Notes: generated by a model not told the origin, from the sequence alone. Positions 1-14,299 are shown, numbered from the stretch's first letter. The stretch is 64,000 bases of DNA from Azolla caroliniana (GCA_043228905.1 JBHGNT010000016.1:14942001-15006000), one strand, 5' to 3'. Program-made: numbers and translations.

Positions 1-151
1 ATGTCTTATGTTCCTAAGTCATTTGGTGAACATTTTCTAGCCCAAAGAATAACCTGAATTGCTATATAATGCCTTACAGAAAATTGCAATCTAGTCTGGC
101 CAGGGTATACTAAGGTTATATAGTCTTGTGTTCTGTGGCATGAGTCCACTG

Positions 152-330
152 TTTGAAATTCATAATATATGTACACTTCTGAAGGATCTTGATATTCATC
201 TGATAGCTTTTCTGAAGCTTTTTGTTCTTATATCCATGTTTTGAAATTCATAATATATGTACACTTCTGAAGGATCTTGATATTCATCTGATAGCTTTTC
301 TGAAGCTTTTTGTTCTTATATCCATGTTTT
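152..330. repeat. Tandem duplication of an ~88-bp unit (intronic)
   Basis: TTGAAATTCATAATATATGTACACTTCTGAAGG...TATCCATGTT occurs twice, 88 bp apart. Confidence 0.9.
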
Positions 331-563
331 GTTGTCTTCCTACATTTGTATGAGGGATGTTAACAAATGGGGTTGTGATGGGGTCTTTTTGTCCTGCCAT
401 AGTACGAGAGAAAAAGTGAAGGGAAGATAATAAAACCAGAGTGAACATGATTTATTGCACAAATGTTAAGAAACTAAAATATAGTTGTTTTTATTCTTGC
501 CATACGAATGACTAGTTTGCCATGGAACAGCCAATAATGCAAAAACATGTCATTAATCTCCAG

Positions 564-3500
564 TTTCTAAGTGGATGGAAATGCTACTTCCTGAAGCTGT
601 GAAGAAAGAAGTATGCATCATTACAAACATGGGTGCAAGTAAAAAACCTTAAGCCTTATTGGATATTTTATTAATTACAATTATTTTCATATTTTTTAGC
701 ACAAGTTTTAAGTTCTAACTGCTGTCTTTTCTAGCTGACCCTTTGGGTGCTCAAGAGGAGGTCTTGAAAATAGCTGAACAATATCAGCTTCATATAACTG
801 TTGCTGTGGCATGGGAAACTTTTCCAGATATGAAAGGAAGGTGTACATCTTTACATGCCATGGTTTATTTTATGTTTCTCATTGTCCCTATCATTGACTT
901 CAAGTAAATTTATTTGAAGGGTATCAGGTTCATGTACGTACCTTGGATCAGCTCCCATTGTAAAGCTGCTTGAAATGTCAAAGCCAAATGTGATTATAAC
1001 GAGTAGAGTAGCTGATGCGTCTTTGTTTTTGGGACCCATGGTAAGGTAATCATAAAATACTAATTTAATTAGATTTTGATAATGCCTATTGTGAAACCAA
1101 AGAGAAATGAAATGGAGCATGTTCATGGTCATCTGACATTGCAGATTTTCTGTTTTGATTGTCAATATGATATTAAATTTCTAATACTATCTATATTCCC
1201 CATATTATTGAGCTAACACATTGTCTTATGTGTCTATCTCTCCAAAAGATATCAGACTACTATTGTATGTGGAATCCTGATGCAAGTACTAGTAATTTTT
1301 TTCTAATGAAGGTGCCTATATAGGTTAGCAAGAACTTTAACAAAAAAGAAAGAATGAAAGAAAGATATATTAACGTCTTTTAAGAGGCCAAAATGGCCTA
1401 TAAGACCAAACAAGAGATTACATCTTAAGTGTTGTCTCGTCTTTGAGAACAGCAAATCAACAAATCAAAATAAAGTAAATTTTACTCCGCAAATATAAAA
1501 GTAAGTAAGATAAAAAGAGACGAGGAAACTGGTTTTCGGCACATGTGAGATTCTCAAGCTAGATGTATTGTAACTTTTGTCTTCGAAAGATCTTTAGCAT
1601 TGGTCGATCCAGAATGGAAAGGTCTCCGAAGCGAGGGAAGAACCTGCGATGGCGGGAGATAATAGTTTTCATATGTCGATGACAAGGGTGTTGAGGTCGT
1701 GCTCCATGGGGCCAGGGCCTACGTGCACATTAACTGCCTGTTAGAGATCAATGTTTGTCTATTAGAAGAATTCTCAGTTCAATATCAATCTACGTAAATC
1801 AAGGGCAAAATCACACAAGTAAATATACTGCTAATTACTATGGGATTTGAAAAATGGAAATGTTAAGAATGATGAGATTGGCAGAAGTGGGAGGGAATCT
1901 CTACGGTTGTCTGTCTGTGATGCTATATGTAAGTTACAAAAACATGATATGCATATCTGCTAGCCATGCCCATTTGTTGCTCTGAACATATTACTATGAT
2001 AATACACGTCAATGAGAGTGATGTCAAGGGTTTCTCTGCTGAACAGATTAGTTACCTGGTCTTCAAGCTGTGGGAACAATGGTCCTAAACAATGATAGAA
2101 AGAAAGATAAAACGGAAGTTATATTAACATATTTTAAGAGGCCAAAATGGCCTATAAGACCAAACAAGAGATTACATCTTAAGTGTTGACTCGTTTTTGA
2201 GAACAACAAACCAAAATAAATGTTGCTAAGTAAAAAAAGATGTTGCTAAGTAAATAAGATAATAAAAGCTACAATTGAGACGTATCCCCAGAATGTCCCT
2301 TACTGGATATTTTCGATCATAAGGGTTACAATAGTTATGGCCTATGAGTCCTATGACAGTCAATGATGGGTCTGTTTTTAATATAGCAAGGTTGTGATAG
2401 TTTTGCATGATAGAGTGCGATAACTCTTTCTAGGGAAACTCCTCTTGGTCGTTTTATATTGTTTGTTGAACGCACTAGAATGGATGCAGATGGAGCCATG
2501 GCTATCAAGAAGTTAACAAATGGTTGTCTGTCTAGCATGGAAGGTGCATTTCGTTGTTTCTCAAGAGTTTCTCTTGGTAGCATCTGAATTTAAGCAAGAA
2601 CAATGCCAGTTCTCAAAAGTCCATGATTTTTTAAGGGTACAAACCCTTCCCTAAAGAGGTAACGGTATGTTCAACATAGTTCTCTGTTTCAACGTCTGGA
2701 GTATCTGCTATGTGTAATTGAGAGGGGGGAGGATGATTGATGTCTAACAGTATCTCATGCCATTATCGTCTAAGAACCGTCAGAAGACACAGTCCAAGAT
2801 GATCCTTTGGAAGGTTATGCATTTTGTTTGGGTTAGATATTCATAAAAATGATTAAGCATAAGAAATTTGACAAATTCTTTAGCAGAGGGGTAAGCAGAG
2901 AACAGTCCTTTGGATTTGAGAGTATTGTGCATGTATCAATAGGAAGAGGAAAGATAATTGTTGTCTTGAGCCATGGAAAAATGAAGAGCTTGTGTTGTCT
3001 GAGGAATGTCCAAGGCAAACAGATTTCAGAAACATTTGAGTGATGAGAGAATTGTAACCTCACATGTGTGGTTTGGCTCTTTGTCTTGATATCCATTGGC
3101 TTACACATATTATTATTACCTTCTCAAATTTCTATCTTATTTAGTAGATGATTTCCAAGCTTCTTTTGAGCTTGAGCTAGATAGCTCCCTTGTATGTAGA
3201 TATGATCATAATATGAATTGTGATTCAAAATGGGGAGCACTTGTTTTGATATTATTTTGAACCATGAGCTTAATGCGAGACATTATATGATGGAATAGTG
3301 CAATGTGATTGATTTTTACTTATTATCTGCGATGCCCAAACATCCAGCAATAAACTGTGTAGTAGTTTACAAAGAATTTACTATCTCTAATAGTGATAGA
3401 AAGTATTCTACTGGAACACAAATCTATACTGGCTGAGGGCACCATCTGTCCCCACTCTTGGATGGTAGTCCAAAAAGAATGTTGAAGATCATGTCAAAGA

Positions 3501-6500
3501 GATTCGAAAGGCGCTGCTGATATGCACAAGTCTCAACTGGACATTTGAGGTTCAAAAACACCTTTAAGCATCAAACTTCTATGGTTGTTAAACCTTGTGT
3601 CATATCATCTTGGAAATCTTGTGTCTATTTTATATAAGGGAATCATAAAAGAAATATACGATGTCTATTAGTTTATCAAAGGAATGTCTGGTTGTAATCT
3701 TATTCTTAAACTCTCTTGGTTTTGGCAGATTTATGAACTAGGTTGGAATTGGAATGATTTTGAGAAGCTTGCCCAGGGGACATTAGCTGGGCATCTTCTT
3801 GAATGTGGCTGTCAAGTTACAGGAGGATACTTTGCTCATCCTGGTATGTTTGAAGTTGGTTTTGGAGTGATTCAACTTTGATGGGCAGATATAACGAGCC
3901 AGTGAACCTCATCAACTATGGAATTTTTGCATAATATTTTCGTAAGAACAAATAACAAATTATGATTGGTCTTTAAAGTGCTTATTCTTATGTAAACCCT
4001 TGCAAAGATACATATGGAGGTTCAAAATTGAACCCTTTATATGATATAGCCTGGCTTGTTAAGGTGCCTTCTGTACAAATCCAGCTGGTACATATACATA
4101 TGGATATCCCAACTCCAAGGCCTGGGCAGTTAGGGGGTCTTGTCTCCTTTTTATGAGATGATCAATTACTAAACTTACCATTAAGTGATCGTACATATGT
4201 TCTGTTTCTTTTTGTAGCCATTCATTGTTCCCTTGTTCCCTTTCTTTATCCTTTATCTATCACTTTAGAGAATACATAAATTTGCAGCAAAGTGAGATTT
4301 TTATCATAGTGAGCTGGTTTGAATTTCATTAGAGAATACGTACAATTTACAACCACTCCCTTTCTGTTACAAACATGCCTTTATTTGGTTCTTAGAATGT
4401 TTCTTCTCCATGATGGATATCTTCAGAGGGCAGAAATTTCCCTTCCAGCAATCAAGCACCAAACCTGGTCGGTGTAAGTCACTCATGAGCAGATATGCTC
4501 AGCCCGTTTATTTTTAGGAAGCTAGAGTAGAAACACATTCTCTCTTGTTACTTGCATTGGTGAGTTGCAAACTTAAACAGCTGTAAAATTTGTAAGGTCT
4601 TATAGGCCATGATGGTGATTTAGAGATTCTATATTTGTTCCTTTCGTTTGTGGATAGGAAGATTATTATTTCTTTGTTGCTGATTGCATTTCAAATTACT
4701 GGGTTGGTTATTCTATACATCTATACCTACCTACTCTTGTCCACTTATGGAGTGAAGAATTTGTATCTTCTATTGAGCTTATGCATGATGAACTTGATGC
4801 TTCTGGGACTGTCAAAAGGTGAAGACCTTGCTTATTATTTTCATGGTTCATTTTGTTGTAATTTCTTTGTTTCTTGTTTTTCCTTTCTTTTTTCTCTTCC
4901 GTTCTGGTTCTCTTTGCATCATACATGCATTAATTTTAACTCTTAGTTTGATGATTTATCTTGTGAAGGTATATGCATATTATATATTGAACCTTATGGG
5001 TCAAACGAAGTGTCCTTGGCATGTTGGCTGTAGTACATTGAGGACTGAGTTTAATAAGTCTAAAGAATGTTGACAGTATACAACTATGTATGTAAGTGAA
5101 TAAGAATCTTCTTCACTTGAGAAAAATTGTATAGGTTTGGGATGCCAAGTTTTCTTGACTGGTTTTTAACATGATTGTGAAGATTCAGTTAATGCATAAT
5201 GCATGACATGTAGATTTAAGATTATGCACTCTCAGAACCTTTCTTTATCTGATATTACATTACATTGCATTATTTTTGGCCTGGGTGGATTTTTATGCAG
5301 CTGACGAGTTTAGAGACATGCCGATTCAACAGCTGCTTGATGTCTCCTTACCCTATGCAGAAGTCAGTGATACTGGAAATGTTATTATTGCAAAGTTGGA
5401 AGGAACTGGTGGAGAGCTTAGTTATGCAACATGTGCACAACAACTTTTGTATGAAGTTGGAGATCCTTCTGCTTATGTCACCCCTGATTTGGTCGGCGCA
5501 AATACTTTGCTTAATTCTAAGCATATTTTCATAGAGTACATTGATGATGTCTCCCTTTACAGATTGTTGACTTTACAAATGTCACATTCAAAGCATTAAC
5601 AACCGATAAAGTTCTTGCTAAGGGATCGATGCCAGGGTTCTGTTTGCGTCCTGAGAGATTACTTCGGCTTAGCCCACAGGTAAATTGTGATTTTGAGGTG
5701 GTTTGATTAACCTTTTTAAACCTCCCATTCTATCCTAAGTATTATAAATCAGCAAATACAGAATGCTTACAAAAGATTTCCATTGCATTATCCTGCATTT
5801 ATTCATACATATGGCCAATTATAATCTTCCTCTTTCTTCTCTTATATGTAAGATCACTCAATTGTGATCGTTACAGAGTTTTTTGCAAACATCTTAATGA
5901 ACTGCAATGGTATCTTGTTATGATTTTTTTACTGCGGGTGTATGGTAAGAAGTGATGCATATTTTTATGTCTTCAGTAGACTTCGAGACAGGTTAATACA
6001 TTGGAAGATTACCTTCCTTTCACAGGTTGATCATTCATACAGCTTTAACATGGTAGAATGACCATAGTTCAGCAGATGAATCTCCAATTTTTTCTGTCCT
6101 CCACATTAGACCACACAATCATCTGTAGTTTCAAGAACAGAAACAACAACGTTTTTGAGTGATGAGGAGAGGAGCAATACAAACAAATCTACTGAAATGA
6201 AAGAACCATGGCATATGGTTAATTTTGAACTTTTATGTAACAAAAGTACAACAAACGATGAATTATGTTTGTAGCAGCACGGGTGTAGATTAAATTTGAT
6301 GCATTTTATAGACTTCTTTTTATTATTTCCCAGGATTGTGGCTGGAAAGCTTGGGGAGAAATATCGTATGGTGGAAGCGCATGTATTCAACGAGCAAAAA
6401 TGGCTCAAACTCTGGTATCTTTCCACCATGGTACATCAGACATTAGTTTGATGAATGTACCATGTTATAAGTTCATGTGTATGTGAAGGTTATGGCATGG

Positions 6501-7708
6501 GTGGAAGAATCATTTCCTGAGAGCAGCACAAAAATCATGGCCTACCTTATTGGCATGGACAGTTTGCTTATACATCCTAGCCCATTATTAAGAAGAATCA
6601 GTGATGATATATCTGATGTAAGATTACGAATGGATGGCCTTTTTCCTTCAGAAGAGCAAGCCATTGGCTTCATGCATGAGTTTGAGGCACTTTACACCAA
6701 TGGTCCAGCAGGTGGCGGTGGGATAAGGTTGGCCTTCTTTTCTTCTTCTCATCTGAATGACCTAGATAGACTAAATTGAGGAAATTTATTGTGTGCTTTT
6801 CGGGTGTTGTGCAGTGTAGGTTATAAAAAAGAGATGCTTTTGGAAAAGACAATGGTAGGTGGTGGTGGGTTTATGTGGATCGCTTCTAGATGCAGATATT
6901 GCCTTGTTTTCTCTCTTAATGGTTTTAGTTTCTAAGGAGATATTTTTAGAAATGATATATTATCATTGCTATATTCAAATAATTATTATTTTTCTCTTAA
7001 TCCGAGAATATTGCTTTTGTTGTGATGAATTGCTTTCATATGTTGTAGGTACGACGAGAAGAAACATTTTGGGCCATCAACATACGAGCTACAGAACCCC
7101 CACCAGTATCCTCCAACAAAGCTTCTGCACATAAGCCACATGAAAGAAACTTCCATAATCAAGGGCTGCAAATAAAGGAATGTTTGTCATCACCATCCAA
7201 TCTAGATGTAGCATTAATGCATAAAGCTTCCTTACCAGCCCCTAGCAATCTAAAGCTCCCTTTATACAAAGTTGCACATAGTAGGACCGGTGATAAAGGA
7301 AATGACTTGAACTTTAGTCTCATCCCACATTGTGCTTTGGACCTCCCACGCCTTAAATCAGTCATCACTGAAGAATGGGTTAAAAGAGTAACAAGAAAAC
7401 TCTCTAAAATGCTTGTTCTTGGCTATCCAGTTGGAAGTAAGAATGAACATCTAGAACTTTATGAGAATGAAGGAATAGAGGATGGTGGTATCACTGTAGA
7501 GATATATATAGCTGAAGGAATACATGCAATGAATATTGTGGTTCGGAATGCATTGGACGGAGGAGTCAATGCTTCTCGACGTATAGATAGACATGGAAAG
7601 TCACTTTCAGATCTTATCCTCTGCCAGACAGTAATACTACCAACGCTTGAAGATGTGAACATAACTCAAAATAGCCATGAATTGCTTGACTCAAGTTTAT
7701 GCATGTAA
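564..7708 (+). CDS. AtuA / DUF1446-family protein (acyclic terpene utilisation-like), multi-exon, 5' end outside the window
   Basis: GT-AG exons at approx. 564-638, 735-840, ~928-1040, 3729-3843, 5301-5491, 5563-5679, 6334-6414, 6489-6728, 6815-6854 and 7049-7708. They give IITNMGA, RVADASLFLGP, LAQGTLAGHLLECGCQVTGGYFAHP, QQLLYEVGDPSAYVTPD, GEISYGG, YTNGPAGGGG, AHSRTGDKGN and LDGGVNASRRIDRHGKSLS, all typical of this family. Confidence 0.85.
1340..1800 (-). mobile_element. Decayed LINE 3' fragment in an intron
   Basis: The terminal block TAAGAGGCCAAAATGGCCTATAAGACCAAACAAGAGATTACATCTTAAGTGTTG is shared with ~2136 and, inverted, with ~16890-16960, where it follows L1-like ORF2 remnants. Confidence 0.5.
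2100..3110 (-). mobile_element. Decayed LINE 3' fragment in an intron
   Basis: Second copy of the same terminal block, with broken minus-strand ORF remnants at 2335-2583 and 2833-3108. Confidence 0.5.
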
Positions 7709-9916
7709 AAGTGTATGGGAGGTTCTAGAGTTTGCGTTATTACAGTCAAATGTATATAAGCAAAAGTATCATGAAGAAAGATGATTGTCCCAAGTGAAGA
7801 TTGCATATATTGATTTCTAACCAGCCACTTGTTTGTTTAATGATTCTGTCAAAAATACTTGGAACATAATGACTGTGGGATAGTTTAATTCTATAAGCAT
7901 AATATTATTCTATTGAGCCAGTCTAATTGCTAGAGTATGTCATTGCGGACTTGTTTTGGAAGATATTAGATTCTTTTGTTACTGACTCGTGACTGGAATA
8001 CTCAGTGATGGATTATTTCAGCTTATTGAATCATTGATTAGTGGACTTCTTGCAATTGGAGTCCAATCTTATTTGGAACTGTACCAGGATGATTATAGAC
8101 TCCCAACTTATACACAACTAGGTGGGTTTCTCAGAATGCCTATCCCAGATAACCATAAAACTTGTAGTGGTTAGAAAACATAATTTTATATTTGTATTTG
8201 GTAAATATTCTTGTCAATGAATTTTTTTAACCTCTTTGTTTAACTTTTAGAATGACATGATTTTTCCTTGGCCTTATGGAGGTTATTATTGCCTTTCTTG
8301 TTTGCATGTTCAAAGTCCTAGTGCATGCGTGTTTTGAGAGTGCCTAAGAATTTCAATATGTTGCCATGTTCTCTTTTAGCTTCTACAATTGAATGCCTTA
8401 TGAGGCTTGCAACTTTATCTTTTCGAGTGTCATCTAATTCTTTCATTGAAAGGGCCAAGTAATTCTGTTTTTTCTGGTTCCCTTTGCGTGGTGTCTTGCA
8501 TTTCCTTTCACTAGGTTTTTTGTATATTGATTTCCATGTGATGAATCTTCTATCTATAACTTATTTTAATGCGTTGTAATCCCTATCATTTGCATTGGGA
8601 TATATTACATCTTGTGTGCCCACTTGGGGTAGACACATCCCCTCCTTTCCTTGGTTAGTATCTTCTTGGAGTTCCATATACGTACCCTTTTCCCTAGAGA
8701 CTATAGAGCCTCGACTTTGTAAAATTGTCCAATCATAATTCCATAGTGTTTAGAGAAGTGACTTAATTAGATAGGGATTAATCTGATAGGACAAAGACCA
8801 CCCTATTCTTGATGCATTCAAAGAGTGAGTGAGAATAATTGAAGTAGAGATTAGTATGAAGGCAAAAAGTCTTACACAAACATAAATGCAACATAAAGTA
8901 GGGTAAAATCGTTAAAGTTATTCATGCAACAAAGAGATTAGGGCCAAAACAAGAACATAGAATGAGAGAAAAGAGGAACTAGCAATATATATATGCCTTA
9001 TGTGTTGATCTTGTCACTCAAGACATTCCAATAAGTAAACTATTAGAAAGTGTTTACAAGTAGAAATTATTTGGTTTATGGATCAAGATCATGAAAGTAA
9101 AAGATGTATTCATAAATTATTGAAGGGGGAGGATATGTAGTGATAAGTGATATTTCTACAAATACAAGAGTCATGCTTATTTTAATGCCTTGGGGATGAG
9201 TCATGATATTGGTGCAAGATGAATGGGAATGAAACGTGCTTTCCCCGTGTGCTCAAATTCCATCAACTTACATTATGCTAAATGTATCCTAGATTTTGTT
9301 TTTTGACTTGATTATTTGCAACAAAAGAAACATATGGATTTTTTGGCTTAGATACCAACAATAAAAGGAACTCATCAAGATGAGACCCATACAATGATTC
9401 ATTATAATTCCACAAATATTTTCACTTGCTTACTAGTAATAGAGAGACTTGATCAATATGCAAACCCAAGTGCTTAATCACTAACAATATTGGGAAGAAA
9501 AGAAACTAACTAGGCATGCGAAGTTTTTGAAGTGATGAGAAAAAACTTGAAAGACCCCAAAAAGCATACATGGAGAGGAGTTACTTCTACTTAAGATACC
9601 CCCTCATAGATCACCCATCTAACCAAGAGGCAAAAAACTCCACCACTTAGTGGGCGTACTCTTTGTAGGAAAATAATCTTCATCTTTGTGTGATGGCACA
9701 TTTTGTTATTGATGCATTGTGACACTTGACCACGATAATGTTACGGCCATTTCAGATGAGGTTTCTCGAGGGATCGGTCGGGCAGCTGCCCATAAAAGGA
9801 ATGGTGGTGTCCATTGATTGATTTAGGAGTTATTTTTCCTATGCAATGTGTCAAACAGAAGACATATTCTGACCATTAATCAGGAGACAAGCCATTCATT
9901 CATTCCACACAACAGA

Positions 9917-12331
9917 ATGCAAGCCCACATAGACGCTGTTTCCAGAGCTCTAGGGCAGAGGCCATGGAGTCTCCCCATTGAAGAATCCCTGAAGGCATTA
10001 GGGTTCCCCATCACCTTGGACCTCGTGTTGCATGTCCTCAGACGCCTCAGTGATAACAAACAAGCCTTGCAATTCTTCATTTGGAGAAGGAAGCAAGAGG
10101 TTCTTCTTCAATGTTCAGAGGCAAGCATCTCTGCTGCACCTTTTGGATGCCATTGTCATGACAAGGCATGCCAGAAATACATGCCGGATGTATGCGCTAG
10201 ATGTGAAATGATGAGGAAATGGAGCCATGAGAAGCAATTTCATGGCTTCCTGAATGTTATGGATGTATATTACAGCTGCGACAAGTCGGTCTCCATATCT
10301 GATGCTCAATTCAACCTTTTAATCAAAGGATTTGGATGGGCAAGTATGGTTGAAGATGCTTTGAATGCATTTCGAAATATGAGGAGTTTTGGATGTGAAC
10401 CTGGAGTTTTGCATTTCAATTGCCTGATTAGTGTTTTAACGAAGAACAAAAGGTTAGAAAAAGTTTTGGATGTTTTTCAACAAATGAAGGAGGAGGAATG
10501 CATATCTCCTACAATACACACATATGCAATTGTCATTCATAGTTTATGTTCAGAACTGCTTTTTGATCAAGCGATTCAGATGATGAAAGAGATGAAGGAA
10601 CAAGGTTTACATCCGAATGTTCATTGCTATAGCTCAATCATCAATGGTCTCTCAAAAGCACAACGATTAGATGAAGCGTATTGTCTTTTAGAGAGCATGA
10701 AAGAAGCAAAATGCACGCCTAATGAAGTTACGTATAATGCACTGATCAATGGGTTTTGCAAAGTTGGTCAAGTTTCAAGAGCTTTCGGGTTGTTGGATGA
10801 GATGATTTTAAGCAATTGCACTCCAGATTCGAGGAGCTATACTATTGTGATCGATGGGTTGTGTAGAACCAAGAAGTCCGATGAGGCCTTTTTACTCCTC
10901 GAGAAGATGAAGGAACAGGGACATGTTCCGACCATTGTAACCTATAATGTGTTGATGCATGGTCTTTGTAGAGAGGGAAAGCTTTTTGATGCATATAATC
11001 TTCTAGATGGCATGGCGAATAAAGGATGTATTCCTGATGTTACCACCTATGGCACCCTGATTTCAGGTCTATGCAAGCATGGGATGGTACAGAAAGTGTT
11101 GGAAATTTGGGAGGAAATGGCCAAAATATGCATCCCTGATGTGGCTATTTATAGCATATTTATAGATGGCCTTTGTAAATTAGGAAGAGTTTTGGAGGCA
11201 GAGAAAGTGTTCTGTGAAGCAATGAAAAGAGGTTGTCCACCCAACATGTATACATACAATACCTTGATTAATGGCTTTTGCAAGGTGGGTACCTATGAGA
11301 AGGCATTTTTATTGGTCAATACTTTACAAGCAAATGGATATCACCCTGATACTTGTACATACATCACACTCATCTCCGGGCTTGCCAAAGTTGGTAAAAC
11401 ATTCGAAGCTCTAAAAGTTCTTCGTTCAATGGTGGCTAGAGGCTCTTATGTGCCTGATGTTGCCACATTTAATATAGTTATGGCTGCCTTATGCAGAGCA
11501 AATCTAGTAGATGATGCTTGCAATCTCAAAATGGAAATGTTGGAAATGAATGTTATACCTGATGTGTTCACATACAATATTCTCATCAACGTGCTTTGTA
11601 AGGCTGGAAGGTTGTCGGATGCTGTGAGAGTTGCCCAAGAAATGGAACTTAAAGGTTGTTTGCCTAGTGTTGTTACCTTCAACACGATCCTTAAGGGGTT
11701 TTGCCTTCAAGAGAAATTGGAAGAAGCTTATGCGCTCTTTCTTGAGATGAAAACTGGGGCCATGGATCCAAATAATATAACCTACACTTCTATGATTTTG
11801 GCATTTTGCAAAGCCGGTGAGGCAATAAAAGCATACAAACATGTCATGGAGATGTATGAGCAAAACATGGCTCTGGATCTTACATCTTGCAATGTAGTAT
11901 TGGAGTGTCTGTGTAACATGTCAAGAGTACTCAAATCATGTAAGGTTTTTGTTTTGATGCAAAAGGAAGGCCCTCATCCTAATTCAACGAGTTTTGGTCT
12001 GGTCATTAGGGGTCTTTGTAAAATTCAAAGGGTAGATAAAGCATTTCAGCTTTTCAATGAAATGACATATAAAAGATGGATTCCTGACATCAGAACATGT
12101 AATCTTTTGATTCTTTGCCTTTGCCGAGTAGAAAAGCTTGAATTCGCACTGAAGGTTGTAGAGAAAATGCCAATAGTTGGGGTTTATCCAGACAGTTTAA
12201 CGTTACAGACGATAATTAAAGCTCTTCGTGCTGCCGGTAGAAACAAGGAGTCTGAACAATATCTAGGACAGCTCACCGAGAAAACTGAGAATCTAGATTG
12301 GATAAATGAAGAAACAATTATGATACGATAG
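9917..12331 (+). CDS. P-class pentatricopeptide repeat protein, intronless
   Basis: Long run of 35-aa repeats such as PNEVTYNALINGFCKVGQVSRAFGLLDEMILSNC. First ATG is at 9917 in an ORF open from 9848. No E/DYW extension. Confidence 0.95.
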   Translation: MQAHIDAVSRALGQRPWSLPIEESLKALGFPITLDLVLHVLRRLSDNKQALQFFIWRRKQEVLLQCSEASISAAPFGCHCHDKACQKYMPDVCARCEMMRKWSHEKQFHGFLNVMDVYYSCDKSVSISDAQFNLLIKGFGWASMVEDALNAFRNMRSFGCEPGVLHFNCLISVLTKNKRLEKVLDVFQQMKEEECISPTIHTYAIVIHSLCSELLFDQAIQMMKEMKEQGLHPNVHCYSSIINGLSKAQRLDEAYCLLESMKEAKCTPNEVTYNALINGFCKVGQVSRAFGLLDEMILSNCTPDSRSYTIVIDGLCRTKKSDEAFLLLEKMKEQGHVPTIVTYNVLMHGLCREGKLFDAYNLLDGMANKGCIPDVTTYGTLISGLCKHGMVQKVLEIWEEMAKICIPDVAIYSIFIDGLCKLGRVLEAEKVFCEAMKRGCPPNMYTYNTLINGFCKVGTYEKAFLLVNTLQANGYHPDTCTYITLISGLAKVGKTFEALKVLRSMVARGSYVPDVATFNIVMAALCRANLVDDACNLKMEMLEMNVIPDVFTYNILINVLCKAGRLSDAVRVAQEMELKGCLPSVVTFNTILKGFCLQEKLEEAYALFLEMKTGAMDPNNITYTSMILAFCKAGEAIKAYKHVMEMYEQNMALDLTSCNVVLECLCNMSRVLKSCKVFVLMQKEGPHPNSTSFGLVIRGLCKIQRVDKAFQLFNEMTYKRWIPDIRTCNLLILCLCRVEKLEFALKVVEKMPIVGVYPDSLTLQTIIKALRAAGRNKESEQYLGQLTEKTENLDWINEETIMIR

Positions 12332-13454
12332 ATGTTAATGTCATTAAGAATGGTGGTTTCCTTAAGAAATTATTTCTAAAGCGTTCTGGCACATTGTTGA
12401 TAGCCTGTACCATAACATATATACCTTGAAAATGTAGGAGTTTGTAATTTTCTTCTAAAGAGGGCTAGAGGAATCACCTCAATAAACAGTTCCAGCAAAT
12501 TGGTGATTGTGTGTGATGTTAAGATACCTTCAACATTGTAAAGAAATTAAAAGTATTCAATTAGTCCAAGCTATGGAGTTGATTGGGCAGGCCATAAGAA
12601 CAATGTTAAATTAGAAGCTGCTTCAAAAATCTCAGAATGTCAAATGGCATTCCTTGGATTTCTCATTGCTTCATAAAGTTAAATATGAGCAATATTTATG
12701 CTTAATATGACCAAGATATGGATGAGACATCACATGTTTGTATTCGAAGTATCAATCATTATTGGGTACATTGAGACTTCCATTCATGTGATGCCGAATT
12801 GTTGTTGAACTACATTATTCCTCGAGGATTATACTGATTTAGTCTTTGTGCCTAATGTTTCCAAGATAAAGTGCTCATACATAAGAGGAGCATGATTGAA
12901 TAATTGTATATTATGTACATGGAATTGTTAGAAGTCAAGGTTTAATTTTTCTCCTTTTGTTGGGACCTTATCTTGAGCAAAAGTAATGGTTACAAATTAC
13001 AATTATCCCTATGGTTCCTTGAGATATAGTTCTCACATAGAAATGGCTATCTATTGTGGGTTTTAGTGAAGAAGGCAACTAGATAACCAAAGCATTTGCA
13101 AGAGGTTGTCATTTAACAAACAATTATTCTCAATACCCAAAGAACTATTAGTAGTTCCCATAAGTGTGATTACACCATTACACACACTTAGAATTACAAT
13201 ATCGACCACACAAGACAATACAAATCATAGACGGAATTGACCACTCCATATGATACTGATCACACACAAGGGCTCACTGGCTTGAGTCAAATACTCGCTT
13301 GACTATGCTCAACTAATTAGAAAGGGGATCAAGTTCAATGACAAATATCGTAAGCTGTTATAGGCATATAACCGTTGGGAACATGTGCTGGTGTGGGAGC
13401 CTTGAGTGTTGGGCTACATAAAAGGCACCAACTATCCCTTGATTATGACAACTT

Positions 13455-13876
13455 GAGACACTATCAAGATTCTATTGGTGATCCATTACTTCAATTACCA
13501 ATGCATCGAGACACTATCAAGATTCTACTGGTGAAGCTAAGCTCTCTTCTTCTGATCCGTTACTTCAATTACCAATGCATCGAGACACTATCAAGATTCT
13601 AATGGTGAAGCTAAGCTCTCTTCTTCTGATCCGTTACTTCAATTACCAATGCATCGATACACTATCAAGATTCTACTGGTGAAACTAAGCTCTCTTCTTC
13701 TGATCCATTACTTCAATTACCAATGCATCGAGACACTATCGAGATTCTACTGGTGAAACTAAGCTCTCTTCTTCTGATCCGTTACTTCAATTACCAATGC
13801 ATCGAGACACTATCGAGATTCTACTGGTGAAGCTAAGCTCTCTTCTTCTGATCCATTACTTCAATTGCCAATGCAT
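13455..13876. repeat. Minisatellite, 74-bp unit, ~5 full copies plus one internally deleted copy
   Basis: ACACTATC recurs at 13511, 13585, 13659, 13733 and 13807 (period 74); the first copy, from 13458, is shorter. Confidence 0.95.
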
Positions 13877-14299
13877 ACATATCAAAGAGATAATATTCTC
13901 TTAATCGTGGTTGGGGTTGTTAGCATCTAGAATTGTGATATATTGGTACATGATGGATGGCACACGACATTTTATGTTTGTTCAGCTCTTGGATGTCGAG
14001 ATGAATGGAGAGCTCTGCTTGCCTCCTCCTCACCAACAACACAATCTCTTGACATGTCCTCCCGAAACCTTCTTCTCCTTCGTTCGTTCTTTCCGGAGAA
14101 TTCCGGCACTGGAAACACACTATTGACAATACACATGTCACACACTACACAAGTGACAACACACACAAAAACAAATCAATCAAAAACAAACAAACAAACA
14201 AACAACAGACAGATCTATTTTCTGTACACAGAGAAGAGATCTGTACAAACAGAAGAGAATTTGTGTGTTCTTTGTCTGTCTCTGCTGTATATTCCAGCG

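Noticed and set aside
13455-13876. CRISPR-like appearance of regular repeats (also at 27100-27380 and 54966-55752)
   Set aside because: The units are contiguous and near-identical with no unique spacers, there are no cas genes, and the context is eukaryotic
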